Program-made: the position numbers and the translations under genes
Part shown: positions 38,614 to 47,755 of the stretch, piece by piece
How positions within the stretch are numbered: position 1 is the stretch's first letter
Layout of the letters: each line of letters starts with the position of its first letter
The notes under the pieces: model-generated
The model's database searches: none
What the model was told of the DNA's origin: nothing
The model's input: the letters and a program-made list of their open reading frames with translations, nothing else
From: Actinocorallia populi
GTDB lineage: Bacteria; Actinomycetota; Actinomycetes; Streptosporangiales; Streptosporangiaceae
Direction of reading: 5' to 3'
Assembly (NCBI RefSeq): GCF_002995495.1
Contig: NZ_PVZV01000009.1
Span: 106,888 to 170,887 of the forward strand
DNA length: 64,000 bases

Positions 38614-39585
38614 TCAGGGGTGCAGGTGAGCCAGATGCGCGGGCACGTGGCCGAACTGCCGCAGTGACAGGAGCGTCGCGAGGACGACGCCCAGCAGCGC
38701 CACCGCGCTCACGGCGACGGCCAGGGGACGGCGCGCCGCCCGTTCCGGCTCCGCGGCGACCGGACCGCCCCGGACGGTCAAGGCGTCGATCCGGGCCTCC
38801 TCGAAAGAGCAGAGGTCCGGATCGAAACCGTCCAGGAGGAGTTCTCGCACCACGGCCTGCGACAGGTCGGCGGGCGTACGGAGGTGGACCCGGTCCAGCA
38901 CCGCGTGCCGCGCGGTGACGGCCGGGGCCCGCGCGGCGATTCTCAGCCGGCGCGAGGAACGCGCGGCGTCCAGCCCGACCCTGCCCCCCGCGGTGAGCGG
39001 GCCGATCCACGCGTCGTCGTGGAACGAAGCCCGGCCGAGCAGGAGGTTTCGCGAGACGTCGGCGTGCCGCAGGGAGACGACGGAGCGGAAACACGCCTCG
39101 TGGAAGACCGCGTCCCGTTGGAAGACCGCGCGGTCGAAGTCGGCGACGCTCTGGAAGAACGCCTCGGTGAAACCCGCGTCACGGCGCCAGAGTGCGTGGC
39201 CGAACAGGGCGTCACCGCGGAAACAGGCGCGGGAGAAGTCGGCGTGCCCGTGGAAGACGGATTCGTGGAAGGAGGCGTTGCCGGTGAAGACGGTCTCGCA
39301 GAAGGAGACGTTGCCCGCGAAGACCGTCCGGTAGAAGGACACGCCCTTGCCGAACTCGGCGCGGCAGAAGGAGACGTCTCTCTCGAAGAGGACGCCGTGG
39401 AAGGACACCCTTTCGAAGCGGGCATCCTCGAACCAGCACCGCCCCAGCCGGACCGTGCCGTCTGGAGCGGTGGCGGCTGCGCGGACCGCCGTCCACTCCT
39501 CAGGGCCGATGACACGGCCTCGCAGATCCACTTTGCCGCCCGGCGTCAGGTCCACGTTGAGGGGTCTACCCGCCTCGGCTCGCAC
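38614..39585 (-). CDS. Pentapeptide-repeat protein with C-terminal TM anchor
   Basis: Long run of A(D/N)F/L-x-x pentapeptide repeats (…ARFERVSFHGVLFERDVSFCRAEFGKGVSFYRTVFAGNVSF…). The GTG at 39585 is preferred because the track start at 39666 would abut the divergent GH1 start with no promoter space. Confidence 0.6.
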   Translation of the reverse strand: MRAEAGRPLNVDLTPGGKVDLRGRVIGPEEWTAVRAAATAPDGTVRLGRCWFEDARFERVSFHGVLFERDVSFCRAEFGKGVSFYRTVFAGNVSFCETVFTGNASFHESVFHGHADFSRACFRGDALFGHALWRRDAGFTEAFFQSVADFDRAVFQRDAVFHEACFRSVVSLRHADVSRNLLLGRASFHDDAWIGPLTAGGRVGLDAARSSRRLRIAARAPAVTARHAVLDRVHLRTPADLSQAVVRELLLDGFDPDLCSFEEARIDALTVRGGPVAAEPERAARRPLAVAVSAVALLGVVLATLLSLRQFGHVPAHLAHLHP

Positions 39586-39666
39586 GGAAGAGGGCCGCAA
39601 TAGGACGTAACAGTGGTACTCGGGGATAGATCGGCGTACCTTCCGGACACCAGAAGGAGTGATCAC

Positions 39667-40962
39667 GTGGTCAGGACCGCCGTTTCCCTCGTGTCCCTGT
39701 TCGTTTCTCTGCTCGTCGTGGTCCCCGCGAACGCCGCCACCACGACGCCCGGCCGGTTTCCGCCCGGGTTCCTATGGGGAGTGGCGACTTCGGGCTTCCA
39801 GTCCGAAGGGCACTTCCCGGACAGCAACTGGACGCGGTACGCCCGTGAGAACGAGGCGTACGGCGACTCCGTCGACTTCCGCCACCGTTACCCGCAGGAC
39901 CTGGAACGCGCCTCGAAACTCGGCGTCAACGTGTTCCGCACGTCCGTCGAGTGGGCCCGTATAGAACCGCGCAAGGGCAAGTACGACTGGCGAGAGATCC
40001 GGTACTACGACGACCTGTTCCGGCACATCCGCGCGAACGGGATGCGGCCGATGATCACGCTGAACCACTGGGTCCACCCCGGCTGGGTGCACGACAGGGG
40101 CGCCTGGCAGAACGAGAGGACCGTTCGGGACTGGTTGGAGTTCGTGCGCTTCGTCGTCAAGAGGTACGGCGCCGAGGACGTCATGTGGATCACCTTCAAC
40201 GAGGCGAGCCAGTACATCTTCCACGAGGTCACGGACGGGGGCATGCCCGTGTCGAAGGTGCCCGTCATGAGCCGCCACCTGATCCGCGCCCACCGTTCGG
40301 CCTACGACCTGATCCACCGGCTCCAGCCGGGCGCGATGGTCTCCACCAACGTCGCCTACGGGTCGATCGTCAACGGGCTCTTCGACGCCGCGGTCTTCAA
40401 CGAGGTGACGGACAAGCTCGACTTCATCGGCGTCGACTACTACTACGGGGCCAACGCTGAGAACCTCACGGCGATCAACGCGGCCACGGGGGCGTACTGG
40501 AACGTCGAAGCGGAGCCCGAGGGCATCTACTTCGTCCTGAAGAACTACCAGAAGCGCCTGCCGAAACTGCCCCTCTACGTCGTGGAAGCCGGCATGGCCA
40601 CCGAGAACGGCAAGCCGAGGAAGGACGGGTACACCCGCTCCCAGCACCTCCGCGACCACCTGTACTGGGTGCAGCGGGCCATAGCGGACGGGGTGAAGGT
40701 GATGGGCTTCAACTACTGGTCCCTCACCGACAACTACGAGTGGGGCTCCTACCGCGCCAGGTTCGGCCTCTACACGGTCGACGTGAAGAAGGACCGCGAG
40801 CTGCGCCGCGTCCCCACGGACGGCGTCGCGACCTACCGGTCCATCATCGAGCGTAGGGGCGTCCCCGCGGGGTACGTCCCCGTCAAGCGCCCCGGCTGGT
40901 GCTCCGTGGAGGATCCCGCCGCCACGTGCTTCGGGCGGGTCCCCACTCCTCCGGCGCCCTGA
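39667..40962 (+). CDS. Glycoside hydrolase family 1 (beta-glucosidase-like), secreted
   Basis: Signal peptide (VRTAVSLVSLFVSLLVVVPANA), a strong RBS AAGGAGTG before the GTG, and GH1 motifs (…LNHWVHP…, TFNEASQY, …YVVEAGMATENG…). Confidence 0.8.
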   Translation: MVRTAVSLVSLFVSLLVVVPANAATTTPGRFPPGFLWGVATSGFQSEGHFPDSNWTRYARENEAYGDSVDFRHRYPQDLERASKLGVNVFRTSVEWARIEPRKGKYDWREIRYYDDLFRHIRANGMRPMITLNHWVHPGWVHDRGAWQNERTVRDWLEFVRFVVKRYGAEDVMWITFNEASQYIFHEVTDGGMPVSKVPVMSRHLIRAHRSAYDLIHRLQPGAMVSTNVAYGSIVNGLFDAAVFNEVTDKLDFIGVDYYYGANAENLTAINAATGAYWNVEAEPEGIYFVLKNYQKRLPKLPLYVVEAGMATENGKPRKDGYTRSQHLRDHLYWVQRAIADGVKVMGFNYWSLTDNYEWGSYRARFGLYTVDVKKDRELRRVPTDGVATYRSIIERRGVPAGYVPVKRPGWCSVEDPAATCFGRVPTPPAP

Positions 40963-41080
40963 TCCCGCCCGCGGGGAGGGCGGTTCCCGGTGGTGGGGGA
41001 GAGGATGGTTATCCTTCGTTCTGACCGGTGGGTAACTACCGGCCGAACGTCATTCGGTTTCCTCTAGTAAGGTGCTGCTT

Positions 41081-41854
41081 ATGGAACTGAACGGAGCATC
41101 CGCTGTCATCTCCGGTGGCGCGAGCGGCCTTGGTGAGGCCTGCGCCCGCGACCTCGCGGCCAAGGGCGTCAAGGTCGTCATCGCCGACCTGAACGAGGCC
41201 AAGGGCAAGGCGCTGGCCGACGAGATCGGTGGCGTTTTCGTCAAGACCGACGTCTCGAACGAGACCGAGGTCCAGGCCGCGGTCCAGGCCGCGGTCGACA
41301 CCGGCGCCCCGCTGCGCATCGTCATCAACAGCGCCGGCATCGGCTGGGCGACCCGGACCGTGGGCAAGGGCAACGTCCCGCACCCGCTGGACACCTTCGA
41401 GAAGGTCATCCAGATCAACCTGATCGGCACCTTCAACCTCATGCGCCTGGGCGCGGCCGCCATCGGCGCCACCGAGCCGGTGGACAAGGACGGCCTGCGC
41501 GGCGTGGTCATCAACACCGCGTCCGTCGCCGCCCTCGAGGGCCAGACCGGCCAGGTCGCCTACTCCGCCTCCAAGGGCGGCATCGTGGGCATGACCCTGC
41601 CGGCCGCGCGCGACCTGTCGGCCATCGGCGTCCGGGTCAACACCGTCTGCCCCGGCATCATCGACACCCCGATCTACGGTGAGGGCGAGGCCGCCGAGGC
41701 GTTCAAGGCGACGCTGTCCGCGCCGGTCCCGTTCCCCAAGCGCATGGGCACCGCGGCGGAGTTCGCCCACTTGGTCCGCGCGCTCATCGAGAACGACTAC
41801 ATGAACGGGGAGACCGTCCGTTTCGACGGCGGCATCCGCTTCCAGCCGAAGTAA
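41081..41854 (+). CDS. SDR-family 3-hydroxyacyl-CoA dehydrogenase-like oxidoreductase
   Basis: Rossmann GGASGLG motif and a YxxxK catalytic motif (YSASKGG). HSD17B10/FadB2-like. Confidence 0.8.
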   Translation: MELNGASAVISGGASGLGEACARDLAAKGVKVVIADLNEAKGKALADEIGGVFVKTDVSNETEVQAAVQAAVDTGAPLRIVINSAGIGWATRTVGKGNVPHPLDTFEKVIQINLIGTFNLMRLGAAAIGATEPVDKDGLRGVVINTASVAALEGQTGQVAYSASKGGIVGMTLPAARDLSAIGVRVNTVCPGIIDTPIYGEGEAAEAFKATLSAPVPFPKRMGTAAEFAHLVRALIENDYMNGETVRFDGGIRFQPK

Positions 41855-41861
41855 GGTCATC

Positions 41862-42626
41862 ATGAGCGACGCAGTTCTCACCGAGGAAGATGGCGGCGTT
41901 CTCGTCATCACGATCAACCGGCCCGAGGCCAAGAACGCGATCAACGCGGACGTGGCCAAGGGCGTCGCGGCGGCGCTGGACGTGCTCGACAGCCGCAAGG
42001 ACCTGGCGGTCGGCATCATCACCGGCGCCGGCGGCACCTTCTGCTCCGGCATGGACCTCAAGGGCTTCCTCAAGGGCGAGATGCCCTTCGTCGAGGGCCG
42101 CGGCTTCGCGGGCATCGTCGAGCGGCCCCCGGCGACCCCGCTGATCGCGGCCATCGAGGGCTACGCCCTGGCCGGCGGCTGCGAGATCGCGCTGTCCGCC
42201 GACATGATCGTCGCCTCGTCCGAGGCCAGGTTCGGGCTCCCCGAGCCCAAGCGCGGCCTGGTGGCGGCGGCCGGCGGCCTGATGCGCCTGCCCAAGCGCA
42301 TCCCGTTCCACATCGCCATGGAGATGTCCCTCACCGGTGACTTCTACGGCGCGGAGCAGCTGGCCGCCTACGGTCTGGTGAACCGGATCGCCGAGCCCGG
42401 CAAGGCCCTGGAGGCCGCCAAGGAGCTGGCCGCGAAGATCGCGGAGAACGCCCCGCTGGCGCTGGCCGCGACCAAGAAGATCATCGTGGAGTCCGCCAGC
42501 TGGGCGCCCGAGGAGATGTGGTCCAAGCAGAACGAGATCTCCGGACCGGTCTTCGTCTCCAAGGACGCGCAGGAGGGCCCCGCGGCCTTCGCCCAGAAGC
42601 GCAAGCCGAACTGGAGCGGAGAGTAG
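41862..42626 (+). CDS. Enoyl-CoA hydratase/isomerase (crotonase family)
   Basis: Crotonase-fold motifs (…GAGGTFCSGMDLK…, …AIEGYALAGGCEIAL…). Forms an operon with the SDR gene. Confidence 0.85.
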   Translation: MSDAVLTEEDGGVLVITINRPEAKNAINADVAKGVAAALDVLDSRKDLAVGIITGAGGTFCSGMDLKGFLKGEMPFVEGRGFAGIVERPPATPLIAAIEGYALAGGCEIALSADMIVASSEARFGLPEPKRGLVAAAGGLMRLPKRIPFHIAMEMSLTGDFYGAEQLAAYGLVNRIAEPGKALEAAKELAAKIAENAPLALAATKKIIVESASWAPEEMWSKQNEISGPVFVSKDAQEGPAAFAQKRKPNWSGE

Positions 42627-42645
42627 ATCTTTTTTGCTCCGTGCG

Positions 42646-42675
42646 GAGGCCGTATCCCTTGTGGGATGCGGCCTC
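42646..42675 (+). terminator. Hairpin after the SDR/enoyl-CoA hydratase operon
   Basis: gaggccgtatccc-ttgt-gggatgcggcctc lies about 20 nt after the stop and is followed by GTTTTCG. Confidence 0.45.
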
Positions 42676-42809
42676 TGGCCGTTTTCGCGGGTGTTCCCCG
42701 GCATCCGCCCAGGTCTGGTTAAGGAATTCCTCACTTTTCACCAGCATTCTCTCTGGTGTCGGTCACGAACCGGCCGGACGGTTGAAACAGGAGAATCTGG
42801 GGGGATTCG

Positions 42810-43670
42810 ATGGAGGCGCACGAGGGCGTTCCGCACTGGTACCGGGAGGGGCAGGCTCCTTACCAGCTGCGTCCGGAGCGGCCGAAGGGGCTTCCCACCG
42901 TCCGGCACAAGCTCGTGGCCCTCGCCGCGGCGGCCTCGCTGGCGTTCGCCGGCGGGGCCGCCGGGGCGGCGAGCGCGCTGCTCCTCGGCCAGGAGGGGTC
43001 GGCCGCGGCCGGTCCCGTGTCCGTGACCGGCGTGGCGCGCGGCGGCTCGATCGCCCGGATCGCCGCGGACGTCCAGCCCTCGGTGGTCTCCCTCAGCTCC
43101 ACCGCGCCCGGCGTCCAGGCCGGCGGCTCGGGCGTGCTGATCTCCGCCGACGGCGTGATCGTCACCAACGCGCACGTGATCGAGGGCGCGGAGCGGATCA
43201 CCGTCAAGTTCAGCGACAACGGCACCGCCGAGGCCGAGGTGGTCGGCACCAGCCCCGAGAACGACCTCGCGGTGATCAGGGCGCGCGGGGTGAGCGGCAA
43301 GGCCGCGATCACCCTGGGCGACAGCGGATCCCTGTCGGTCGGCGAGACCGTGGTCGCGGTGGGCAGCCCGCTGGGCCTGGACGGCTCGGTGACCGCGGGC
43401 ATCGTCAGCGCGCTGGGCCGCACCATCGCCGAGACCGGCGGCACCACCATCCACGACGCGATCCAGACCGACGCGGCGATCAACCCCGGCAACTCCGGGG
43501 GAGCGCTGGTCGACGGGCGGGGCAGGCTGATCGGCATCAACACCGCCATCGCCACCACCGGAACGGACACCGGCAGCATCGGCGTCGGGTTCGCCATCCC
43601 CGTCCGGAACGTCAAGGACGTCACGGACCGTATCCTGGACCGTTCCGAATACTCGCCGGTCAGGTACTGA
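42810..43670 (+). CDS. Trypsin-like serine protease (S1C/HtrA-like, no PDZ domain)
   Basis: TM/signal segment, then catalytic-triad motifs (…TNAHVI…, …DLAVI…, …GNSGGAL…). Confidence 0.8.
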   Translation: MEAHEGVPHWYREGQAPYQLRPERPKGLPTVRHKLVALAAAASLAFAGGAAGAASALLLGQEGSAAAGPVSVTGVARGGSIARIAADVQPSVVSLSSTAPGVQAGGSGVLISADGVIVTNAHVIEGAERITVKFSDNGTAEAEVVGTSPENDLAVIRARGVSGKAAITLGDSGSLSVGETVVAVGSPLGLDGSVTAGIVSALGRTIAETGGTTIHDAIQTDAAINPGNSGGALVDGRGRLIGINTAIATTGTDTGSIGVGFAIPVRNVKDVTDRILDRSEYSPVRY

Positions 43671-43735
43671 CCGGTGCGAGCTGCGCCGGGTTCCGGAGTC
43701 ACTGGGGGGTGGAACCCGGGACCCGGCGCACCATT

Positions 43736-44563
43736 TCAGGCGGTGGAACGCACCGAGATCCGGGCGCCGCGCTTTTTGACCCGCTCCACCTTCTTGCGGA
43801 TGTTGCGGCTGTAGAACTCGCGCGGCAGCGTCCGGACGGACAGCGGCAGCCTCGGGTAGACGATCCGCAGTACGTTGACCAGCATCACGAAGCGCCGCTG
43901 CCGGGCCGCGTTCCACTTCCAGCCGTACTGCGTGCGCAGAGGCTCGGGCATCAGCCCCGCGGTGAGCAGCCGGATCGCGACCAGTCCCGGCCGCAGGTGC
44001 AGCGGCAGATCCCCGTACAGCAGCTGGTGGGCGACCTGCCTGGACGCCTCGGTGAGCTCGAAGGAGTCGAGCTGCTTGCGGTAGTAGACCTTGAACTCTG
44101 CGAAATCCTGCGGTTGCGCCTCGGCGGGGGCGCCCATCAACTGCGCGTAGACGCGTGTCTGCTGGTAGAACTCTTCGACCTCGTCGGGGCTGAGGCTGCC
44201 GAAGAGCGCCTGGTAGAAGCGCAACGCGATGTCGAAGAGCGTCGCGCCCACCCACACCTGGGCTTCGGCGTCCTGGGCGTCGTAGCCGGGGCCGTTGACG
44301 GTGTCGTGCATTCTCCGGGCGAAGGAACTGATGATCTCGGCCTCCTCCTCGGAGCCGAACTGCACCGCGTATAGCCACTCCATGGTGTTCTGCAGCCGGC
44401 CGAGGGGGTTCTTGAACGTGTAGCTGTGGTCGTAGACGCCCTGGCCGACGCCCGGATGGGAGGTCTGCAGGATGGAGGCGGCACCTCCGGAGGCGATGAG
44501 GATGCCCTCGCGCGTGATCTTCCGGATGATGTCGCCGTCGTGGAACAAGCCGGGTTCGGTCAT
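43736..44563 (-). CDS. MpaB/DUF2236-family oxygenase-like protein
   Basis: About 275 aa with the typical DUF2236 pattern (…RRMHDTVNG…). The ATG at 44563 (MTEPGLF) is chosen. Confidence 0.6.
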   Translation of the reverse strand: MTEPGLFHDGDIIRKITREGILIASGGAASILQTSHPGVGQGVYDHSYTFKNPLGRLQNTMEWLYAVQFGSEEEAEIISSFARRMHDTVNGPGYDAQDAEAQVWVGATLFDIALRFYQALFGSLSPDEVEEFYQQTRVYAQLMGAPAEAQPQDFAEFKVYYRKQLDSFELTEASRQVAHQLLYGDLPLHLRPGLVAIRLLTAGLMPEPLRTQYGWKWNAARQRRFVMLVNVLRIVYPRLPLSVRTLPREFYSRNIRKKVERVKKRGARISVRSTA

Positions 44564-44667
44564 GGGGACGAGTGTAAGTAAGTACTTCCGTACTGCGCGA
44601 GTGACTTGCCTCACCGGGGCTGCGAAAAGAAAACGACATCGGCCGGTTCTCTGTCGATAATGGGAGC

Positions 44668-45096
44668 ATGTCCGCGACCGGCCAGATCCCGATCAGCGGC
44701 TCGGTCGCCATCCCCGAGGCCGAGCTCAGCTGGCGCTTCTCCCGCTCCTCCGGCCCCGGAGGCCAGCACGTCAACACCAGCGCCACCGCCGCCGAACTCT
44801 CCTTCGACGTGGCGAACTCCCCCTCCCTGCCCGACCCCCTGCGCGACCGCGCCCTCCAGCGCCTCGCCCACCGCCTGGTGAACGGCGTCCTCACCATCCG
44901 CGCCGAGGAGTACCGCTCCCAGCTGCGCAACCGCGACGCCGCCCGCGAACGCCTGGCCGCCCTCCTCCGCGACGCCATCGCCCCGCCCCCGCGTCGCCGC
45001 CGCCCCACCAAGCCCTCCAAGGGCATGATCGAACGCCGCCTGGAGAACAAGAAGCGCCGCTCCACCCTCAAAGAGGGCCGCCGCCGCGACTGGTAG
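44668..45096 (+). CDS. arfB: Alternative ribosome-rescue factor ArfB (peptidyl-tRNA hydrolase, GGQ motif)
   Basis: …RSSGPGGQHVNTSATAAEL… GGQ domain plus a basic C-terminal tail (…RRRRPTKPSKGMIERRLENKKRRSTLKEGRRRDW). Confidence 0.85.
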   Translation: MSATGQIPISGSVAIPEAELSWRFSRSSGPGGQHVNTSATAAELSFDVANSPSLPDPLRDRALQRLAHRLVNGVLTIRAEEYRSQLRNRDAARERLAALLRDAIAPPPRRRRPTKPSKGMIERRLENKKRRSTLKEGRRRDW

Positions 45097-45360
45097 CCAC
45101 CCGGAGCGCGCCGCTTCGCGCTCGGGGAGGGCCGCCGCCGCGCTCGGCGGCCGTTCGGGGTGGGAAGCGCCGCTTCTTCCTCAAGGGGTGTTGCCACCGT
45201 GTCCGGTGGCCGTTCCGGGTCGCCGCGTTCGGCGGCCGTCGGGCGGGAAGCGCCGTTTCGCGCTCAAGGAGGGTCGCTGCCGCGTTCGGCGGCCGCTCGG
45301 GGGTTTCATTCTCGGGAGGGCTGTTGCCGCGCTCGGCGGTTCCGGGGGTGGGGTAAACCG
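45051..45360. repeat. Degenerate tandem repeats (about 50-80 bp, 4-5 copies) seeded in the 3' end of arfB
   Basis: Units share CTC(A/G)AGG(A/G)GGgccgc…gcTCGGCGGcCg.TCGGGGgtGG.AAGCGCCG(c/t)TTC. The first copy is the coding 3' end of arfB (…AAGCGCCGCTCCACCCTCAAAGAGGGCCGCCGCCGCGAC…). Confidence 0.6.
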
Positions 45361-45422
45361 AACCTGCGGGTTCCGTGGCCGCACGATCGATATGCCGGTC
45401 GTTTCCCGGAAGCATCGAGGTC

Positions 45423-45848
45423 ATGAACGACAAGCTTCCCTTCTGCTCCACCCCCTGGCGGCGCAGTCTTTACGTCCTGCTCTCGGCTCCGCTGAACCTG
45501 ATCTCCCTCCTGGACGGAGGGCGTCTGCGGCGGCGGCTGGGCGGCCGGCTGCTCGGCGGTGAGATCCCGGCCCGGCGGCTGCGCGGGCTGCCGGGGCTGC
45601 CGTTCGATCTGGCGGCGGCGCTGGTGGTCCTCTACGGCTGGTCGGTCGTCCCCATGAACCTGGCGTATCCGCTCCGTCCGCTGATCGGCTTCGACGGATC
45701 GCTGGAGAACGCCTGGGGCGGTCCCACGCTGCTCGGCGCCTGGGCCGTCCACGCCCTGGGCGGGCTGGTCTTCCTGTTCCTCATGCCCTGGGTGGTCGAC
45801 GGCCTCGTGGCCGTGCAGCGCAGGATCCTGGGAGCATCTGCAGGATGA
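45423..45848 (+). CDS. Membrane sensor-domain protein, translationally coupled to the histidine kinase
   Basis: 141 aa with hydrophobic helices. Its stop overlaps the kinase ATG (ATGA). Confidence 0.55.
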   Translation: MNDKLPFCSTPWRRSLYVLLSAPLNLISLLDGGRLRRRLGGRLLGGEIPARRLRGLPGLPFDLAAALVVLYGWSVVPMNLAYPLRPLIGFDGSLENAWGGPTLLGAWAVHALGGLVFLFLMPWVVDGLVAVQRRILGASAG

Positions 45849-47062
45849 GGGGAAAGCGGGCAGGTGGGGAGCTTCTCTATATCTTGTCCGGAATCGTGTT
45901 CGGGGTGTTCGGCGCGGCCTTCACTGCGGGCGTCCTGCTGCTCGGCACGGCGCTGTCCGTCACCGCGATCGGGGTGCCTCTCCTGGCCGCGGGCCTCCTC
46001 GGCGCGAGAAGGCTCGCCGGAGCGCAGCGCCGGCTCGCCGCCGCGCTGCTGGGGGAGCGGATCGAGCAGCCCCCGCCCCGGCAGGATCTGCCCGGCTTCT
46101 ACGGCAGGATGCAGTCCCGTCTCACGGACCCGTACGGGTGGCGGGCCGTCGCCTTCTTCCTGCTCCAGCCGCCCCAGGCGCTGCTCCAGGCCGCCACCGT
46201 CATTTTCACCTGGTGCTGGGGCGTGGTGGCCCTGACCTTCCCGATCCAGCAGGCACTCGGCTGGAACCGGGTGGAGGGCGGGTGGGAGCTCGCCGGATTC
46301 CCCCTGGAGCCCTTCCCCCGGACGCTCCTCGTCTCGCTGGCGGGCCTGTGTCTGCTGTGGCTCGCGCCGAAGGCCGTCCACGTCGTCCTGCTGCCGCACC
46401 GGCTGCTGCTGCGCCTGCTGCTCGGCCCCCGCCGCCCTGCCGCGCGCATCCGGGACCTCGAGGAGAGCCGCGCCCTGGTCGTCGACGATTCCGCGGCCGT
46501 GCTCCGGCGGATCGAACGCGACCTGCACGACGGCGCGCAGGCCCGGATGGTCTCCCTCATCATGCAGCTCACCCTGCTGCGGGAGAGCGTTCCCGAGGGG
46601 CCCGCCCGGGAACTGGCGGGCAAGGCGCAGGAGACCGCCAGCCTGGCGGTACGGGAACTGCGCGAGCTGGTCCGGGGCATCCACCCGCCGGTGCTGGACC
46701 AAGGGCTGGAGACCGCGCTGGCCGCGCTCGCCGACACCGTCCCGATCCGCACGGTGCTGCGGGTGGAGGTGCCGAGGCTGAGAGCGGCGGTCGAGTCCAT
46801 CGCCTACTTCTGCGTCGCGGAACTGCTCACCAACGCGGCCAAGCACAGCGGCGCGGACGAGGTGCGGATCAGCGCGACCCTGGACGGCGGCCTGCTGCGC
46901 ATCGAGGTGGCCGACGACGGTCACGGCGGCGCGACGGTGCTGGCAGGCTCGGGGCTGGTCGGCCTGCGGGACAGAGCCGGGACGGTCGACGGGCGGTTGC
47001 TCATCCACAGCCCCGCGGGCGGGCCCACGAGAATCACGGTTGAATTGCCCGCAGGCAGATGA
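45845..47062 (+). CDS. Sensor histidine kinase (HisKA_3/NarL-type)
   Basis: N-terminal TM helices, an H-box (ERDLHDGAQARMVSLIMQL) and HATPase_c (…AELLTNAAKHSGA…GSGLVGLRDR…). Confidence 0.85.
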   Translation: MRGKRAGGELLYILSGIVFGVFGAAFTAGVLLLGTALSVTAIGVPLLAAGLLGARRLAGAQRRLAAALLGERIEQPPPRQDLPGFYGRMQSRLTDPYGWRAVAFFLLQPPQALLQAATVIFTWCWGVVALTFPIQQALGWNRVEGGWELAGFPLEPFPRTLLVSLAGLCLLWLAPKAVHVVLLPHRLLLRLLLGPRRPAARIRDLEESRALVVDDSAAVLRRIERDLHDGAQARMVSLIMQLTLLRESVPEGPARELAGKAQETASLAVRELRELVRGIHPPVLDQGLETALAALADTVPIRTVLRVEVPRLRAAVESIAYFCVAELLTNAAKHSGADEVRISATLDGGLLRIEVADDGHGGATVLAGSGLVGLRDRAGTVDGRLLIHSPAGGPTRITVELPAGR

Positions 47063-47074
47063 GCAGGGGGGCAC

Positions 47075-47716
47075 ATGCGGGTGGTGATAGCCGACGACGC
47101 CGTCATCCTCAGAGACGGCCTCGCACAGCTGCTGGAACTGCGCGGCCACACCGTCGTGGCCGCGGTCAAGGACGCCGAGGCGCTGAGACACGCGGTGGCC
47201 GAGCACGGGCCGGACATCGCCGTCATCGACGTCCGCATGCCGCCGACCCACACGGACGAGGGCCTGCGCGCGGCCCTGCAGATGAGACGCGACCACCCGG
47301 GCGTCGGGATCATGTTGTTCTCGCAGTACGTCGAGACCCGGTACGTGAAGGACCTCGTCGCCGAATCCGCGGCGGGCGTCGGATACCTGCTCAAGGAGCG
47401 GGTGGCCGACCTGGACGACTTCGTGGACGCCCTGCGCCGGGTGGCCGGAGGCGGAACCGCCCTCGACCCCGAGGTGCTGCCGCACCTGCTCGGCGGCCCC
47501 CGCGGCACCCTGGACCGCCTGTCCCCCCGAGAACGGGAGGTCCTGGCGCTGATGGCGGAAGGCCGCACGAACGACGCCATAGCCCGCCGCCTCGTCGTCT
47601 CCGGCCGAGCCGTCGAGAAACACGTCGCGAACATCTTCACCAAGCTGGGGCTCCCGCCCTCCGGCGAGGACCACCGCCGAGTACTCGCGGTCCTGAGATA
47701 CCTGGAAGGCACCTGA
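47075..47716 (+). CDS. LuxR/NarL-family response regulator
   Basis: REC domain (MRVVIADDAVILRDGL…) and a C-terminal LuxR HTH (…LSPREREVLALMAEGRTNDAIARRLVVSGRAVEKHV…). Confidence 0.9.
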   Translation: MRVVIADDAVILRDGLAQLLELRGHTVVAAVKDAEALRHAVAEHGPDIAVIDVRMPPTHTDEGLRAALQMRRDHPGVGIMLFSQYVETRYVKDLVAESAAGVGYLLKERVADLDDFVDALRRVAGGGTALDPEVLPHLLGGPRGTLDRLSPREREVLALMAEGRTNDAIARRLVVSGRAVEKHVANIFTKLGLPPSGEDHRRVLAVLRYLEGT

Positions 47717-47755
47717 CGCCCGTTCAGCCCCCAGAACCTCCCGAACAGCCCGACC

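Noticed and set aside
38477-39666. Minus ORF 38477..39094 and plus ORF 38884..39603 overlapping the pentapeptide-repeat gene
   Set aside because: Alternate or antisense frames. The pentapeptide frame shows regular A(D/N)F-x-x periodicity.
42518-45197. 618-aa plus ORF (42518..44374) and 819-aa minus ORF (42738..45197) crossing the protease, MpaB and arfB genes
   Set aside because: They cross several independently supported genes on both strands. Arg/Gly/Pro-rich artefacts.
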